From Octopus bimaculoides (taxonomy: Eukaryota), in NCBI RefSeq assembly GCF_001194135.2, contig NC_069000.1, forward strand, positions 5,004,521 to 5,068,520: DNA of 64,000 nucleotides, given 5' to 3'. The notes under the pieces are model-generated. The model worked only from the letters and a program-made list of their open reading frames with translations, did no database searches and had not been told where the DNA came from. Made by a program: the position numbers and the translations under genes. Below, piece after piece: positions 36,651 through 49,875 of the stretch. Numbering within the stretch: position 1 is the stretch's first letter; every line of letters starts with the position of its first letter.

Positions 36651-37226
36651 CTCTCTCTCTCTGTCTCTCTCTCTCTCTGTCTCTCTCTCTCTCTGTCTCT
36701 CTCTCTCTCTGTCTCTCTCTCTCTCTGTCTCTCTCTCTCTCTNNNNNNNNNNNNNNNNNNNNNNNNNNNNNNNNNNNNNNNNNNNNNNNNNNNNNNNNNN
36801 NNNNNNNNNNNNNNNNNNNNNNNNNNNNNNNNNNNNNNNNNNNNNNNNNNNNNNNNNNNNNNNNNNNNNNNNNNNNNNNNNNNNNNNNNNNNNNNNNNNN
36901 NNNNNNNNNNNNNNNNNNNNNNNNNNNNNNNNNNNNNNNNNNNNNNNNNNNNNNNNNNNNNNNNNNNNNNNNNNNNNNNNNNNNNNNNNNNNNNNNNNNN
37001 NNNNNNNNNNNNNNNNNNNNNNNNNNNNNNNNNNNNNNNNNNNNNNNNNNNNNNNNNNNNNNNNNNNNNNNNNNNNNNNNNNNNNNNNNNNNNNNNNNNN
37101 NNNNNNNNNNNNNNNNNNNNNNNNNNNNNNNNNNNNNNNNNNNNNNNNNNNNNNNNNNNNNNNNNNNNNNNNNNNNNNNNNNNNNNNNNNNNNNNNNNNN
37201 NNNNNNNNNNNNNNNNNNNNNNNNNN

Positions 37227-37263
<37 letters not shown>

Positions 37264-38055
37264 GCTCGACCATTTATGTAATAATTCGCTGCATAGACTT
37301 ACAGTTGGTCGATCAACGTGCAACAATCGTAGATACCGATGGAGAACCCTTTATTTTCAAGTATGGTGATGGGTATACGAAAGTATTGGAGTCATCAGAG
37401 AGGAATTCTTTCAACTCGACATTTATTATCGGAAATATAGATCATAATTGCCCCATAACTACATATTTATTTGTGGTATATTTTCATTTACAATTTAATG
37501 TAGATTTTCTTATAAAATCGATCGATAATTTAAATGAGAGCTAAATTCAGACACATACACATAGACCCACACACATATACACACACACAAACATGTGAAT
37601 GTGTATATATAAATATATATATATATACATGTGTGCGTGAGTCTTTATATAAATTATATATACGTATATAAATATGTGCGTATAGGATTATATGTGTATA
37701 TCGTTACATATATATGTTTAAACACACGCATAATATACACACTTTGCATACATAGATACCTACATACATAGGTACATAAAGCGAACACATTTCTAACGTA
37801 TAGGCTTCCTCACAAACATGCAAATATATATATTGTTACACACGTGCTCTTTAGTAATGTGTAGTTTTTAAATATTAAACATCTTATTTCCTAATGAAGC
37901 AATATTTTTATACTTGATGTCTGAATTTAAATAATTTCCTATTGTGAAGATATTAAACTTTAAAACACACCTTCAATAAGCAGAAGCTGTACAAAAGGGA
38001 TTGTCTTTAAAAAAATATCATTTAAAGCTTGAGTGGATGTATATCGTGTGCTTGC

Positions 38056-38086
38056 CTATCTATCTATCTATCTATCTATCTATTTT

Positions 38087-38175
<89 letters not shown>
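38056..38175. repeat. (TATC)n tetranucleotide microsatellite
   Basis: Directly visible. Confidence 0.95.
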
Positions 38176-39000
38176 TTATTCCACTATCTGTAAGTGGACG
38201 TGTGTGCATCTGCAGGCTTATAAGTTCTTATCTACAAAACAATACGTCATATACGTANNNNNNNNNNNNNNNNNNNNNNNNNNNNNNNNNNNNNNNNNNN
38301 NNNNNNNNNNNNNNNNNNNNNNNNNNNNNNNNNNNNNNNNNNNNNNNNNNNNNNNNNNNNNNNNNNNNNNNNNNNNNNNNNNNNNNNNNNNNNNNNNNNN
38401 NNNNNNNNNNNNNNNNNNNNNNNNNNNNNNNNNNNNNNNNNNNNNNNNNNNNNNNNNNNNNNNNNNNNNNNNNNNNNNNNNNNNNNNNNNNNNNNNNNNN
38501 NNNNNNNNNNNNNNNNNNNNNNNNNNNNNTATGCGAGTAAAAATAAATACAAAAAAGGTGGATTTTTTTGTATGATTGTGTATAGAGGAATATATTATTT
38601 TGCTTAAAAGAGTTCCAACACTGTCTGTTTTTTATGTTTTATTTATATTCCTGCAGAACTAATGTGGGGTATAGAATATGGAATATACAATATATAATAT
38701 AATATACAATATATAATATAAAATAAAATAAAAATGGATGGCACCATGAAATAAAGTATTGAATGTAGATGAAATATTGAGTGTTCAATATAAAGGATCC
38801 ATGGCCGGTATGACAGTCTTTAACAGACTGTCTATATATATATATATATATGTATATAAATATATGCGTATATATATGTATATATATGTTTATATATGTG
38901 TCTCTGTCTTTATATGTATATATATTTATACATATATACTATATATAAATTTATATATACATATGTGTATATATACACATATATATACATATATATGTGG

Positions 39001-39035
<35 letters not shown>

Positions 39036-39710
39036 TGCGTACACAACAGTGTAGATTAACCCGCGCTCTTTAATATTTACCAGAGTGTGAATATTCGCAC
39101 AAAGCGTCAAAAGCATTGTAGAGAGAATATATGTTTTAATAGAGTATAATAATTTCTGTTAATCGCCTGTAACAGATCAGATACGCCCGGAGCATTTTAA
39201 TATATGTTGACATCCATTGTTCTTCTTATAACGATTGAAAAGTTCTGGTCGATTTACTGATATAATTATATTGTATTAATATATGTTCATACGAACATAC
39301 ATACTTATATATACGCTGATAGTCGGAGGTTTGTGTATATAAGTGTATGCATGTACGCGGGTGCGTTGTGTATACACATAGACACACACACATATGTATA
39401 TACATACATACATATATANNNNNNNNNNNNNNNNNNNNNNNNNNNNNNNNNNNNNNNNNNNNNNNNNNNNNNNNNNNNNNNNNNNNNNNNNNNNNNNNNN
39501 NNNNNNNNNNNNNNNNNNNNNNNNNNNNNNNNNNNNNNNNNNNNNNNNNNNNNNNNNNNNNNNNNNNNNNNNNNNNNNNNNNNNNNNNNNNNNNNNNNNN
39601 NNNNNNNNNNNNNNNNNNNNNNNNNNNNNNNNNNNNNNNNNNNNNNNNNNNNNNNNNNNNNNNNNNNNNNNNNNNNNNNNNNNNNNNNNNNNNNNNNNNN
39701 NNNNNNNNNN

Positions 39711-39771
<61 letters not shown>

Positions 39772-40499
39772 CCACATAAACATATACACAACTGTCACGC
39801 CCTCATACTCCTATATTCCTGTATACATGAAGATAATGGCATACAAAAAAATCTCATTTATAAGGCAAAACGAATAGCATTATAGGAAACTATTTTTATG
39901 AGACTATAAAATTCGGAACTCGGAACTACAGAGAGACATACAGAGATAACAGTAGTAAACAAAAGGGAAAAAAACAACATCTGCTACACCAACTGAATGT
40001 AAAGTCCTGCTCCTTTGTTAGTTATTTCCGTGTGGAATTAAAACTCTAATTTATTATCAATTACGTTGTTATTTCCTCTATCAAGTAAATTACAGTGTTC
40101 AGAGAGCGTATATCTCTTAAAGCGCTGACGTTAAAGTTAACTAACGTTTAATTTAGTTAATTGCTCCAGTATCTTCTGATTGCTGTAATTTCCCTTCAAG
40201 TTTAAAAGAACAGATAATTAAAATAGTAACGTTTCCTAACTGATCGTCATAGTAAGAGATAGAAATCGATTTCAAAGATAACCAAGTTTCTTTGAAAGAA
40301 TTTGATAAGCTAATATATTGAAGGCCTCGTAGCTGATATCGTAGCAAACGTTGTAGGAAACATTGTAAAGATAGGAAACATTGAAGATAGTCGTAGTTCA
40401 ATGCTTGCACGCTGCTGACTTTTGGAGGTCGTGAACCAGTTTCCTGTTCCGGTTGCGACAATTACGTGAACTAATTATTCTTTCTAATATATCTGGTAC

Positions 40500-40880
40500 A
40501 AGGATTCTGCCGAGGTTCACTTTGCCTTTCGTCCTTTCAGGGTCGATGAAATAAGTACCTGTTGAACACTGAGGTCGATGAAATCGACTAAAAAGATAAT
40601 AGATTTGCTGGCCTTGTGCAAAAATTTGAAATCAATTTTTGGTACAAGGAGGGCGGTGAGTTGTCATAATCATTAACTGCGACGGAAAAAAATTGCATAG
40701 CTTTATTTCCTCTGATTTTACGTTCTAAGTTCAAATACCGCCGAAGTCGACTTTGCTTTTTATTCTCTGCTGGTCAATCAAATAAGTACATGTTGATGAC
40801 TGGTGCGGGGGTGGGGGGAACTAACCGACTGACCCCACTCCCCAGAAATTACAGGCCTTGTACCAAGAATGCGAACCCAT
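40500..40880 (+). mobile_element. Two SINE family A copies in tandem (3' half, then near full length)
   Basis: GCCGAGGTTCACTTTGCCTTTCGTCCTTTCAGGGTCGATGAAATAAGTACC and GTTCTAAGTTCAAATACCGCCGAAGTCGACTTTGC. Confidence 0.8.
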
Positions 40881-40899
40881 ATTAGGAGAGGAAACAAAC

Positions 40900-40990
40900 C
40901 AATTGAGTCAACACCAGTATTTGACTGGTACGTATTTTATCGACCTCGAAGGGAGGGAATGCAAAGTTGACCTCTGTTGAATTTGAACCA
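40900..40990 (-). mobile_element. SINE family A fragment
   Basis: CTGGTACGTATTTTATCGACCTCGAAGGG..GCAAAGTTGACCTC..GAATTTGAAC is the reverse complement of the core. Confidence 0.75.
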
Positions 40991-42664
40991 GCCACACTGT
41001 TCTCTCATAAATCCCCTGCAAGATGCTCTTCCACTTCTGATTAAACTTATATAAAATATATTCAAATCATACCTATCCGTTGTTTGAGGAAATTTGTACT
41101 ACAAACCATTTTAGCCAATGCCTCCAGCATGTGTAGCCTGTTGTTTCAGCGTGTAGACTACTCTTTTTAGCAAATCATTCTACTACCTAGACGCTCTCTC
41201 TTTGCATACGCATTGCTATTGTTTGTCCCCTGGTCAGATAAGGCTCAACAGATCAGTGATCAAAGTTGTTCCATTGTCAACAAGTTTTCTCTATTTAATG
41301 TGTAACCCTATTTTTAAAAACGGCCGTGTGTAAATTGTGTGAGATTCGCTTACATTCTCTAACATATCGTCTGTTCCAGTAGAAGCAATTCTAGTTGCAT
41401 CCTTGCTATTTATTATTTTTTTCCAATCTGGAATTATTTCATTTGAGAATTGCTTAGTTTATGCTTTTTTTTAATTAAAAAAAATCCATTAATTTAAAAA
41501 TAAATCTAATTCTTTAGAAATTTTGCAAACCCATTAATGCTGTGTTTTACAACCATTTTCTATATTTCATCTGCTTCCCTAATTTCCCATTTCAACAAAA
41601 ACACGATAGCACACTCACCCGATATATCATAAGAAACAGGTCTTCTTATATACAACGCAATTTATTGTATATCACATTAACAGCTATATTCTAATTTAAT
41701 GATATTAACATCCTCGAATAAATAAAATGAAATAATGAAAATACATCTAGAGAATAAATTAAATGAATAAATAAATGAATGAATAAAATAAAATGGATGC
41801 AAACGATGACAAAGAAAGTTTCAACATAAAAATAATTTCCTTACTGGAATTTTCATATTTCCCCTTGGAGAGAAATTTCTCGAGGTTAAAAATCGCTGCA
41901 TTATTAACGAAATCCAATTAAGCAATATTCTACAGTAATAATAAAAGAAACGAGAAAAAGAAAGGAAAAAAATATTGAATTTTGATATAACTTTGGTATC
42001 TATATCCATTTCAGAAAACTAATACATAAAACATTGAGGTTAATTTCTCAGGAGTGACATCTGCATGGCAAAAGATGGACAAGTTCCTTCCAGTTAATAT
42101 ATTTAATGAGGAGAGCATCAGTGATTTGTGTAGAAACGGTTATGCGGTGAGGAAAAGACTACATTTAGTATATAACTTTTAATCATTATATTGATTAATT
42201 ATTACATTATGTATGGTAGACAACTCCGGATCAGTTCCGGTTGTATTATAACTTCTATAGCGAATCATAGTCTACACCATTCCTGACAAAATATTTCGTT
42301 TTAAAAACGATATTATGCTTTGCTTGATGGCTTATTCGGACGATAAACCTCCATATCAAAATGAAGGTTCCGGTTAAAACGATTTTTACAATACATTCTA
42401 CTTTAGTGTTAGCGGCTTAAAATAATACCATAAGTCATTGATTTTGAACTGGGGTCAATATGGCCCTTGGGTTTCCATATAAAATTTTGTTCTTTAAATG
42501 TCTCTGCATAAATTGTTTATACTTCTGCAATACACAAGATATCCTAACCATGTTTGAAACAATTCCTTTTAATAGACCAGTATAAAAATATACGAGTCTT
42601 TATTCTACAGGATCGTCATGTATATATACATATTTGTGTTTATGTGTGAGAGAGTAAAAGAAAG

Positions 42665-42667
<3 letters not shown>

Positions 42668-42730
<63 letters not shown>
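42668..42730. repeat. (GA)n microsatellite
   Basis: Long perfect GA run. Confidence 0.95.
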
Positions 42731-42732
<2 letters not shown>

Positions 42733-43269
42733 AACATTTGGGTTGCAGTATATGTGCTCTATAATGTCCTGAAAAATACATAAATTTTTTAATGACATTT
42801 TGCAGAGTTAGGTTTTTCGATGGCGTAGCCTGCAATTATATAAAATTTAAAAAAAAAAAAAGATACAAAATTTATCGCTAATATGCAAATGAGAAATGCG
42901 TTTCGTTTAATTATATTTTCAGGTTATAATTCTTTTATTTTTTACAAGTGGAATCAATTTTATTATTTTGTACAAGCTCTAATGAACTATGCTAAATTAA
43001 AATTATGGATTGTTTGTAATATTTTCTGATACTACTCATGATGGAAAAATTATGCTTCGAAAGTTAACCGTCATATAACGGGCAAACGTTGTAGTCAGTA
43101 AATAAATGGCGTTGTCTCAGAAAGAAGCTGTAACTGTCATGTTTTGATGGAACAAATAACGTGGAGTAACTACAAATATTTATTCTTATTACTGTTGTTG
43201 TTTTGTCCCAGGTGTAGTATAACTAATGTCATTAACCATCCTGTAGAATAAAGAGATAGGGACAATAAT

Positions 43270-43473
43270 GATCCGTCTCGAGTGGTGCGTATACTCTTCA
43301 GTGGACGGGACACAAGTCTGTCGCAGGATCACTCATGTTTGCCAGCTCAGTGGATTGGAATTACGTAGAATGAAGTGCTTTGCTCAAGAACACAACGCGT
43401 CGGTAGGTCCTGGAATCGAAACCGCAATCTTACGTTCAGGAGTACCACGTCCTAACCACTAAACCACACGCCT
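43270..43473 (-). mobile_element. SINE family C copy
   Basis: Reverse complement starts AGGCGTGTGGTTTAGTGGTTAGG (box A-like), with GGTTTCGATTCC (box B-like) and TTGTGTTCTTGAGCAAAGCACTT (CORE-like). Confidence 0.8.
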
Positions 43474-45279
43474 GTATCATCCTGTTGGCGCTACACACGC
43501 TGCTTTATCCAAAAATTAACCTTTGTTTAAAACAATAGCAATATTTGACTGCCATTTTTTTTCTGCAAGACGAGTAACACAACGTAAGTTATATCTCTTT
43601 ACTTCATACTATCTCACGTACGCCAGAAATACTTTTCGATTATTCGATTAGATAAAATCTAAGCAAAAACGAACAAAGAGAAGTAACTCAATGTGTCCGA
43701 TGGCATAAATTTCAATAAGATAAACAAATATAACTCTGTCAAGTAACATACAAACATAAATGTTTGATTTAATGAAAGTATCTCTGCTTGCAAAGGATGA
43801 GTCATAATTGCCAAGTAGCAATTAAGAACAATTTCACTTGCAAAAGCGAGATAAGATTCAATACAGTTCTCACCAGTGAATGGTATATTATTCTGCCAAT
43901 TAGTCAATATTTGTTATATCTTTTCTTTTTATACATTTTGTTTCTGAACTCTATCTTAATGGTAAATCTATGTACGTTAGAATCAATTGATAATCATCAG
44001 CGCATGCGCAATATAACGTCATGAATAATCGTACAATACTCGTACATGCGTACAATAATCGTCATGAAGTATCGGAATATTAAAGATTGGTGTATACTAT
44101 AAAAAAAATGGATGAATAACGATGGATAAGAAAACTAATTTTTGTTTGTTTCTCACCAGTCATAATTCATATAGAATTTTAGTCAAAGGTAAGAAACATC
44201 GGTCGAAGGTTTTGACTCTGAAAGCGAAAAATAGTTAATAGTGAGAGGGGAGGAAAGTAAGGGGGTTATACTATTGCTCCAGCTCTTTATTATTACTTCG
44301 GAAGGTTTCTTCAAAAGATATATGCGAGATGGAAATGGAATAAGCGTAAAAAAAAAGACAACAAAGACAAATAGTAATTTTTTTTAAAGACCTTTAAGCT
44401 TTGCTGAAGATATAGTGTTTTCTCGAAATGATGCTCACACACTGGAACGAGCGTTATGCCAACTGAACTGTGACGGAAACAGGGGTATGTTCTAGAAATA
44501 GATATAAAGGATGCATGTAAAGTTCCAAGAGATATGCAGCAAATGAAGTCATCAACTTTGATGCTATAGTAAACATTGTTAGATATATTCATCTTGGGGA
44601 AACGTGTTAAACAGTATCATGAACGGCAGCGAAGTGGCTAGGTCCTTTCGGTATTCATTCTGAATTTCTGTACTCTGGGTTCAATTCTAGTCAATGACAG
44701 TTTTGTCTTTTATACTTATAAAAGTGTAAAAGACAATTTTGTCTTTTATACAATTTTGTCTTTTATACTTAAGGGTAGTAAAAAACATTGTCCAATCCAG
44801 ACTAGTACATTGGTGACTTCTAAGCACATCGGCTCCTCCAGGAGGAAATGATTCAAAGACACCTCAGTGGAACAAGGGCAGACGAAACATTTTAGATAGA
44901 GGCTGTTGTGTTATATAATTTCCACGGAGTTACACAGTGCGGAGTTACACATTACGATTGCAAAGCAAAAATCTTACCACACAGCCACAACTGCATATAT
45001 ATGTATATATGTACATGTTAAATAAAATGAGACAGCAAATAGGGTGTATAGAGTGAAATAGGAGAATGAATGTAGAAATAAAAAAGGAAAATATATAAAG
45101 ATGTTATAGTTGCAGTTCCGTTATCCAAGGAGAGTAGTCTGTAGAAGTGGTAGAAATGCTTCTTGTCCGTGTTATGTAAATTGGGTCTTCTGGATACCAA
45201 TACCTCACTTTATATATGTATACATATATGTATATATGTGTATATATATATGCGTGTGTGTATACGTATGGGTGTATGT

Positions 45280-45317
<38 letters not shown>

Positions 45318-45645
45318 NNNNNNNNNNNNNNNNNNNNNNNNNNNNNNNNNNNNNNNNNNNNNNNNNNNNNNNNNNNNNNNNNNNNNNNNNNNNNNNNNNN
45401 NNNNNNNNNNNNNNNNNNNNNNNNNNNNNNNTATGTATATATGAACTCAGTTGTTTCACTCGCGACAAAAAATAGTGTTTACACTGTATTCTAATGCGCG
45501 GAAATATGAATATTTCTTAAGGCTTTGATTTCTTTCCTGAGGGGTAATAAATATATTCTCGTTTCATCTATGTAGTATCTGTCAATGTGACGTATATCCC
45601 CACCCACCCACAAACAGAGACACCCCCACACACACCCATCTACAT

Positions 45646-45693
<48 letters not shown>

Positions 45694-46374
45694 GAGTGTG
45701 TAATTGTTTATGTATATTAATAATCAATATATATATATACATGGGGAGATTTGTCTGAGTGTCTGTGTGTATAAATGTATAAGTGTATAATAGTGTTGAA
45801 AATGATAATAATAATAATAATAATAACAGTAACAATATATATATATACATACATACACACACACACATATACATACACGTATATACACACATACACACTC
45901 GCAAGTAGAGCCGCAGGACTTGGTATAAATTAGCATTCATATAAATGCTTATTAATCTATCTTTATAAATATTGACTTATTTCACTCGGATAATACAATA
46001 TTTATTTTCTACTGAGGCAAACTTATGGCCAGTCAGCTCCAACGTTAATATGATTTATGACTTTCGTTATGCATTATATATTCACGAGGAGGTTTATAAG
46101 CTATAATAACGTGCTACGACGTAATCAGATTGAAATAACTCCCTGTCTAATATTTCTGTTACAAATTTGAATACTGGACGAGTGTTCGGCGAATAATACA
46201 GCTCTGTCACCTGGCTTGCTAGTTAAGCAAGATGTTGTGGACATTCTGCGGGTATAGAAATGAGATCTGTCAAAGGGTGGATGCCATAGCTTTAGTATCT
46301 TGTAATAATATCTTGTAGATAGACTTCCAAACCCAGCAGTTGATATCAGCAACAAAAATGACCATAAAAACATA

Positions 46375-46399
46375 CTATCTATCTGTCTGTCTCTGTCTG

Positions 46400-46480
<81 letters not shown>

Positions 46481-46509
46481 ATACAAGCATACATACATAT
46501 CTACATACA

Positions 46510-46545
<36 letters not shown>

Positions 46546-46550
46546 TATAT
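46375..46550. repeat. (TATC)n(TACA)n(TA)n compound microsatellite
   Basis: Directly visible. Confidence 0.95.
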
Positions 46551-46992
46551 NNNNNNNNNNNNNNNNNNNNNNNNNNNNNNNNNNNNNNNNNNNNNNNNNN
46601 NNNNNNNNNNNNNNNNNNNNNNNNNNNNNNNNNNNNNNNNNNNNNNNNNNNNNNNNNNNNNNNNNNNNNNNNNNNNNNNNNNNNNNNNNNNNNNNNNNNN
46701 NNNNNNNNNNNNNNNNNNNNNNNNNNNNNNNNNNNNNNNNNNNNNNNNNNNNNNNNNNNNNNNNNNNNNNNNNNNNNNNNNNNNNNNNNNNNNNNNNNNN
46801 NNNNNNNNNNNNNNNNNNNNNNNNNNNNNNNNNNNNNNNNNNNNNNNNNNNNNNNNNNNNNNNNNNNNNNNNNNNNNNNNNNNNNNNNNNNNNNNNNNNN
46901 NNNNNNNNNNNNNNNNNNNNNNNNNNNNNNNNNNNNNNNNNNNNNNNNNNNNNNNNNNNNNNNNNNNNNNNNNNNNNNNNNNNNNNNNNNNN

Positions 46993-47020
<28 letters not shown>

Positions 47021-47024
<4 letters not shown>

Positions 47025-47176
47025 AAATTTACAGAAAATCAAAAGACGAAGACAGGTGTATAAATAACAAACAGGTGTATTAGTTTAACGCTCGGGAAGT
47101 TGAGAAATTCTTTTACGTTTCGAGCCTACGCTCTTCAGCAGAAACGAGCACGGGAAAATAAACACAGAGAGAAAAG
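47021..47176 (-). mobile_element. Penelope-like terminal repeat, copy 2
   Basis: Homologous to 12992-13158; its 3' end abuts (TA)n; contains the hammerhead-like motif. Confidence 0.7.
47109..47146 (-). ncRNA. Minimal type I hammerhead-ribozyme-like motif (A6->C variant)
   Basis: Minus strand: CGTTT CTGCTGA A GAGC-GTAG-GCTC GAAAC GTA AAAGA. The cleavage triplet is GUA and stem I is imperfect. Confidence 0.55.
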
Positions 47177-47290
47177 TCGGATCACATCTGTGAATAGTGA
47201 TTTCTAAGGGTTACTCCATACTCTCATACTGATGAACACCCGAACTATCACCAGATGTAGTGTAATTGTTGATACATTAAATATGCTTAC

Positions 47291-47585
47291 GTGAGTTACA
47301 GATATTGCATCCAAGCAACGATCGGTGCTTTAACTCAAAAGCACCCCTATATATACAAACTTGCGAACGTAATGTCCAAAATTCTGAGTTTGCATTTCGT
47401 GAGCAAAATAAAGAACTGCAGTTCCGTTTTGCAGAGTGGGTTACACGTTGCACATCAAGCCAAAAATCAGCGCTTTAGCTAAACAATCTCTCGTACTTAC
47501 GAACGTAACCCTCAAACTTCTGAACTAGTAGCGTGTAACCAGAAATAAGGAACTGCTCTTCTATATTGCAGAATGTGTCGTAACT
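47291..47585. repeat. Diverged ~140-bp tandem repeat (about 2.1 units)
   Basis: Anchors ACTT(G/A)CGAACGTAA at 47359/47495 and AAATAA(A/G)GAACTGC at 47406/47543. Confidence 0.7.
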
Positions 47586-48001
47586 CATGAGATTTTCAAT
47601 AAACATGTTATTCATCTTCCCAGCAATCGGATCTGTATTCTACAAAGTTGCGGGCAATATTTAAGGTTTTAATTGCCGAGAGACTCGGTGAAACTTGACA
47701 CTTAATTTTAAGTCTATAAACTGTGAACTTAATTACTCACATTTGATGAAATCCCATCGTGATTTATACTTACTCATCCATCCTAATTCATCTTGTAATA
47801 TTTAAGCCACAAACACTATTTTATTAATTCACCACCGCCCTTTTCATTACTTCTCTTGGAAAATTTAATTACACCAACTTAGTATTAACTATATTAATTA
47901 TTTATAATTAATAATTCTATTAAGCATTTCAAATCATTGACTCCCATTTGAATTGCTCGCTTCCATCACCACTCGATTCAGATTAATGTGTAATGTTATT
48001 C

Positions 48002-48190
48002 TTGGGACTTGTGACAACCGGGAAACTAAAAGGAAAAAGAAAATGCTCGGTAAGACCTGGAGAAATGTTACTCGATGGCCTAAGCAACTGGTTTTAGAAA
48101 GACTAGCTCAATAATATTCTAAGTTGCGTGTAGCTCAGGAAAGCATGGAGGTTATAGATCGCCGACACCTTTAGGAATAGTGCATGAAGA
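48002..48190 (+). mobile_element. RTE-type LINE, fossil 3' end
   Basis: GLVTTGKLKGKRKCSVRPGEMLLDGLSNW...RKAWRL*IADT matches the C-terminal pattern TG.I.GKR..GRP....LDGL..W...R..WR..IA; several in-frame stops. Confidence 0.75.
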
Positions 48191-49702
48191 AAGAATATTA
48201 ATTTAATACATAGTAACATGCTAACATTTTCTTTGATAGTGAGCAGTGTTATATCGCCCATGTCGAATCGTAGTTTAAATTATCGACCAAGCCAAGATGA
48301 AATGTAAGGTCATCATTGACAAATTTTGAACTCACAATCTAATATGTCGTAACTAAATACCGTAACGCTGCATTGGCTTTTGTCAGTCGCCCTAAAGATG
48401 TTGATAAATTTATCGCGTCCTTGCCAAACTTTAATAATACTCCGTGATACACGAACATGAAAGAGAGATAGCAAAAGTTATCATTAGCTGAAATCTCAAA
48501 GGGTTTTTCTTTGCTTTAACATTATAATATCAAATTATAACTTGTAATCAAATTCAAATTTAATGTTGACTAATGAACAGGAAAGAGAATAATTCATACG
48601 AAGAAGGAAAGAAAAAAGAAAATGACCTGTTAATGGTGTTTTCTGTATGAACGCTGAGTTAATGATACATGAGCGTATAATGGGGTACAATTTAAAATGT
48701 CATACACACCACGAGGTTGGGTCTCACATATGTGAGTTGAAAAAATAAACAAGAAAGCATTAGTTAACTGTGATTATCTATGCAACTTGTAGATAACGCC
48801 TTTCTCTAGCGGTGCAGAAAATTCTCATAAAATAAGAAAGGGAAGAAAATACAATAAGATCAACGAGGTTTTTGGCAAAATAAAAAACGATGAAGGAATG
48901 AGTAGAATTCAAATGTTAAACTTACGTTTCTGAAGCACGTCTTTGAAACACGTAACAACAAAAGAGTTATTCCTATGTGGACGATCGACCTGATCGAAAT
49001 AGCGACAAAATCACTCTCGAATTACTACTGCCTTTAAAAATGCAGGGCATTGAACAAATGTGGACCTAGGAGGATTACGCCTCAAAATAAAGTGGGAGGG
49101 TCACGGTGAGAATACTATTGATCGTAGCTTTGACTGAGACCACGATTGACAACTACAAAAAACAGAAACAATGCCAATAACAACAAACGCAAATACAAAA
49201 TAAAACACAACAAGGTATGTCAAGCCATTTAATGGTTATTGTTGTTGTAGCTTCATCTCAGGCCATCTATTGATCACGCAGGCTTATAATCAAAGAAATT
49301 CCAATTGCGATCGTCTATCCTGTTGTAATTTCATATAAGCCTTGATAAATTGTGAGGTTTCCTCAATCAAATCTCTTGTATGTATCTTGACGGGGATCTG
49401 GTTGCAACATTTCATCGAGCATTCCCCGCCTCATCCACCATAACATTCGTGTTATTGTGCAAAATTATTTGACCTGTAGAGACGCATTGTATCTGTGGTT
49501 TGATGCTGAGAAATGAACCTACGCTGATCTGAGACTACACAACAACACAATCGGAAAATATCGAAGTGAATAGCATGCTTGATACACAATATGTAGCAGT
49601 TAAGTCACCAACAAATCCTTCAAAAAATACCAAGAAAACAGATATACGTTAATTAAAAGAAAAACAGACAATATGTTCATGACTGGAATGCCTTTGAACA
49701 TA

Positions 49703-49875
49703 ATAAGGGTGGAGCACTTCCAGAAAACAGCACTGCTTGGTACCGCTTGAATACTCCGGAAGGTGCTCGAAAAATAAGAGGTGTTACCTTAGTTCACTGG
49801 TAGCAAACAGCTGACACCGTAGTACATCTCCAACGTTAGAAGCTGTGCAAAGGCAATGATAATAATAAAAAGTAT
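49703..49875 (+). mobile_element. R4/Dong-type LINE 3' end with 3' UTR and TAA-rich tail
   Basis: IRVEHFQKTALLGTA*ILRKVLEK* matches the QK.ALLGTARILRKVL terminus of R4/Dong-type elements; followed by a ~80-nt UTR and (TAA)/(CAA) repeats. Confidence 0.8.
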
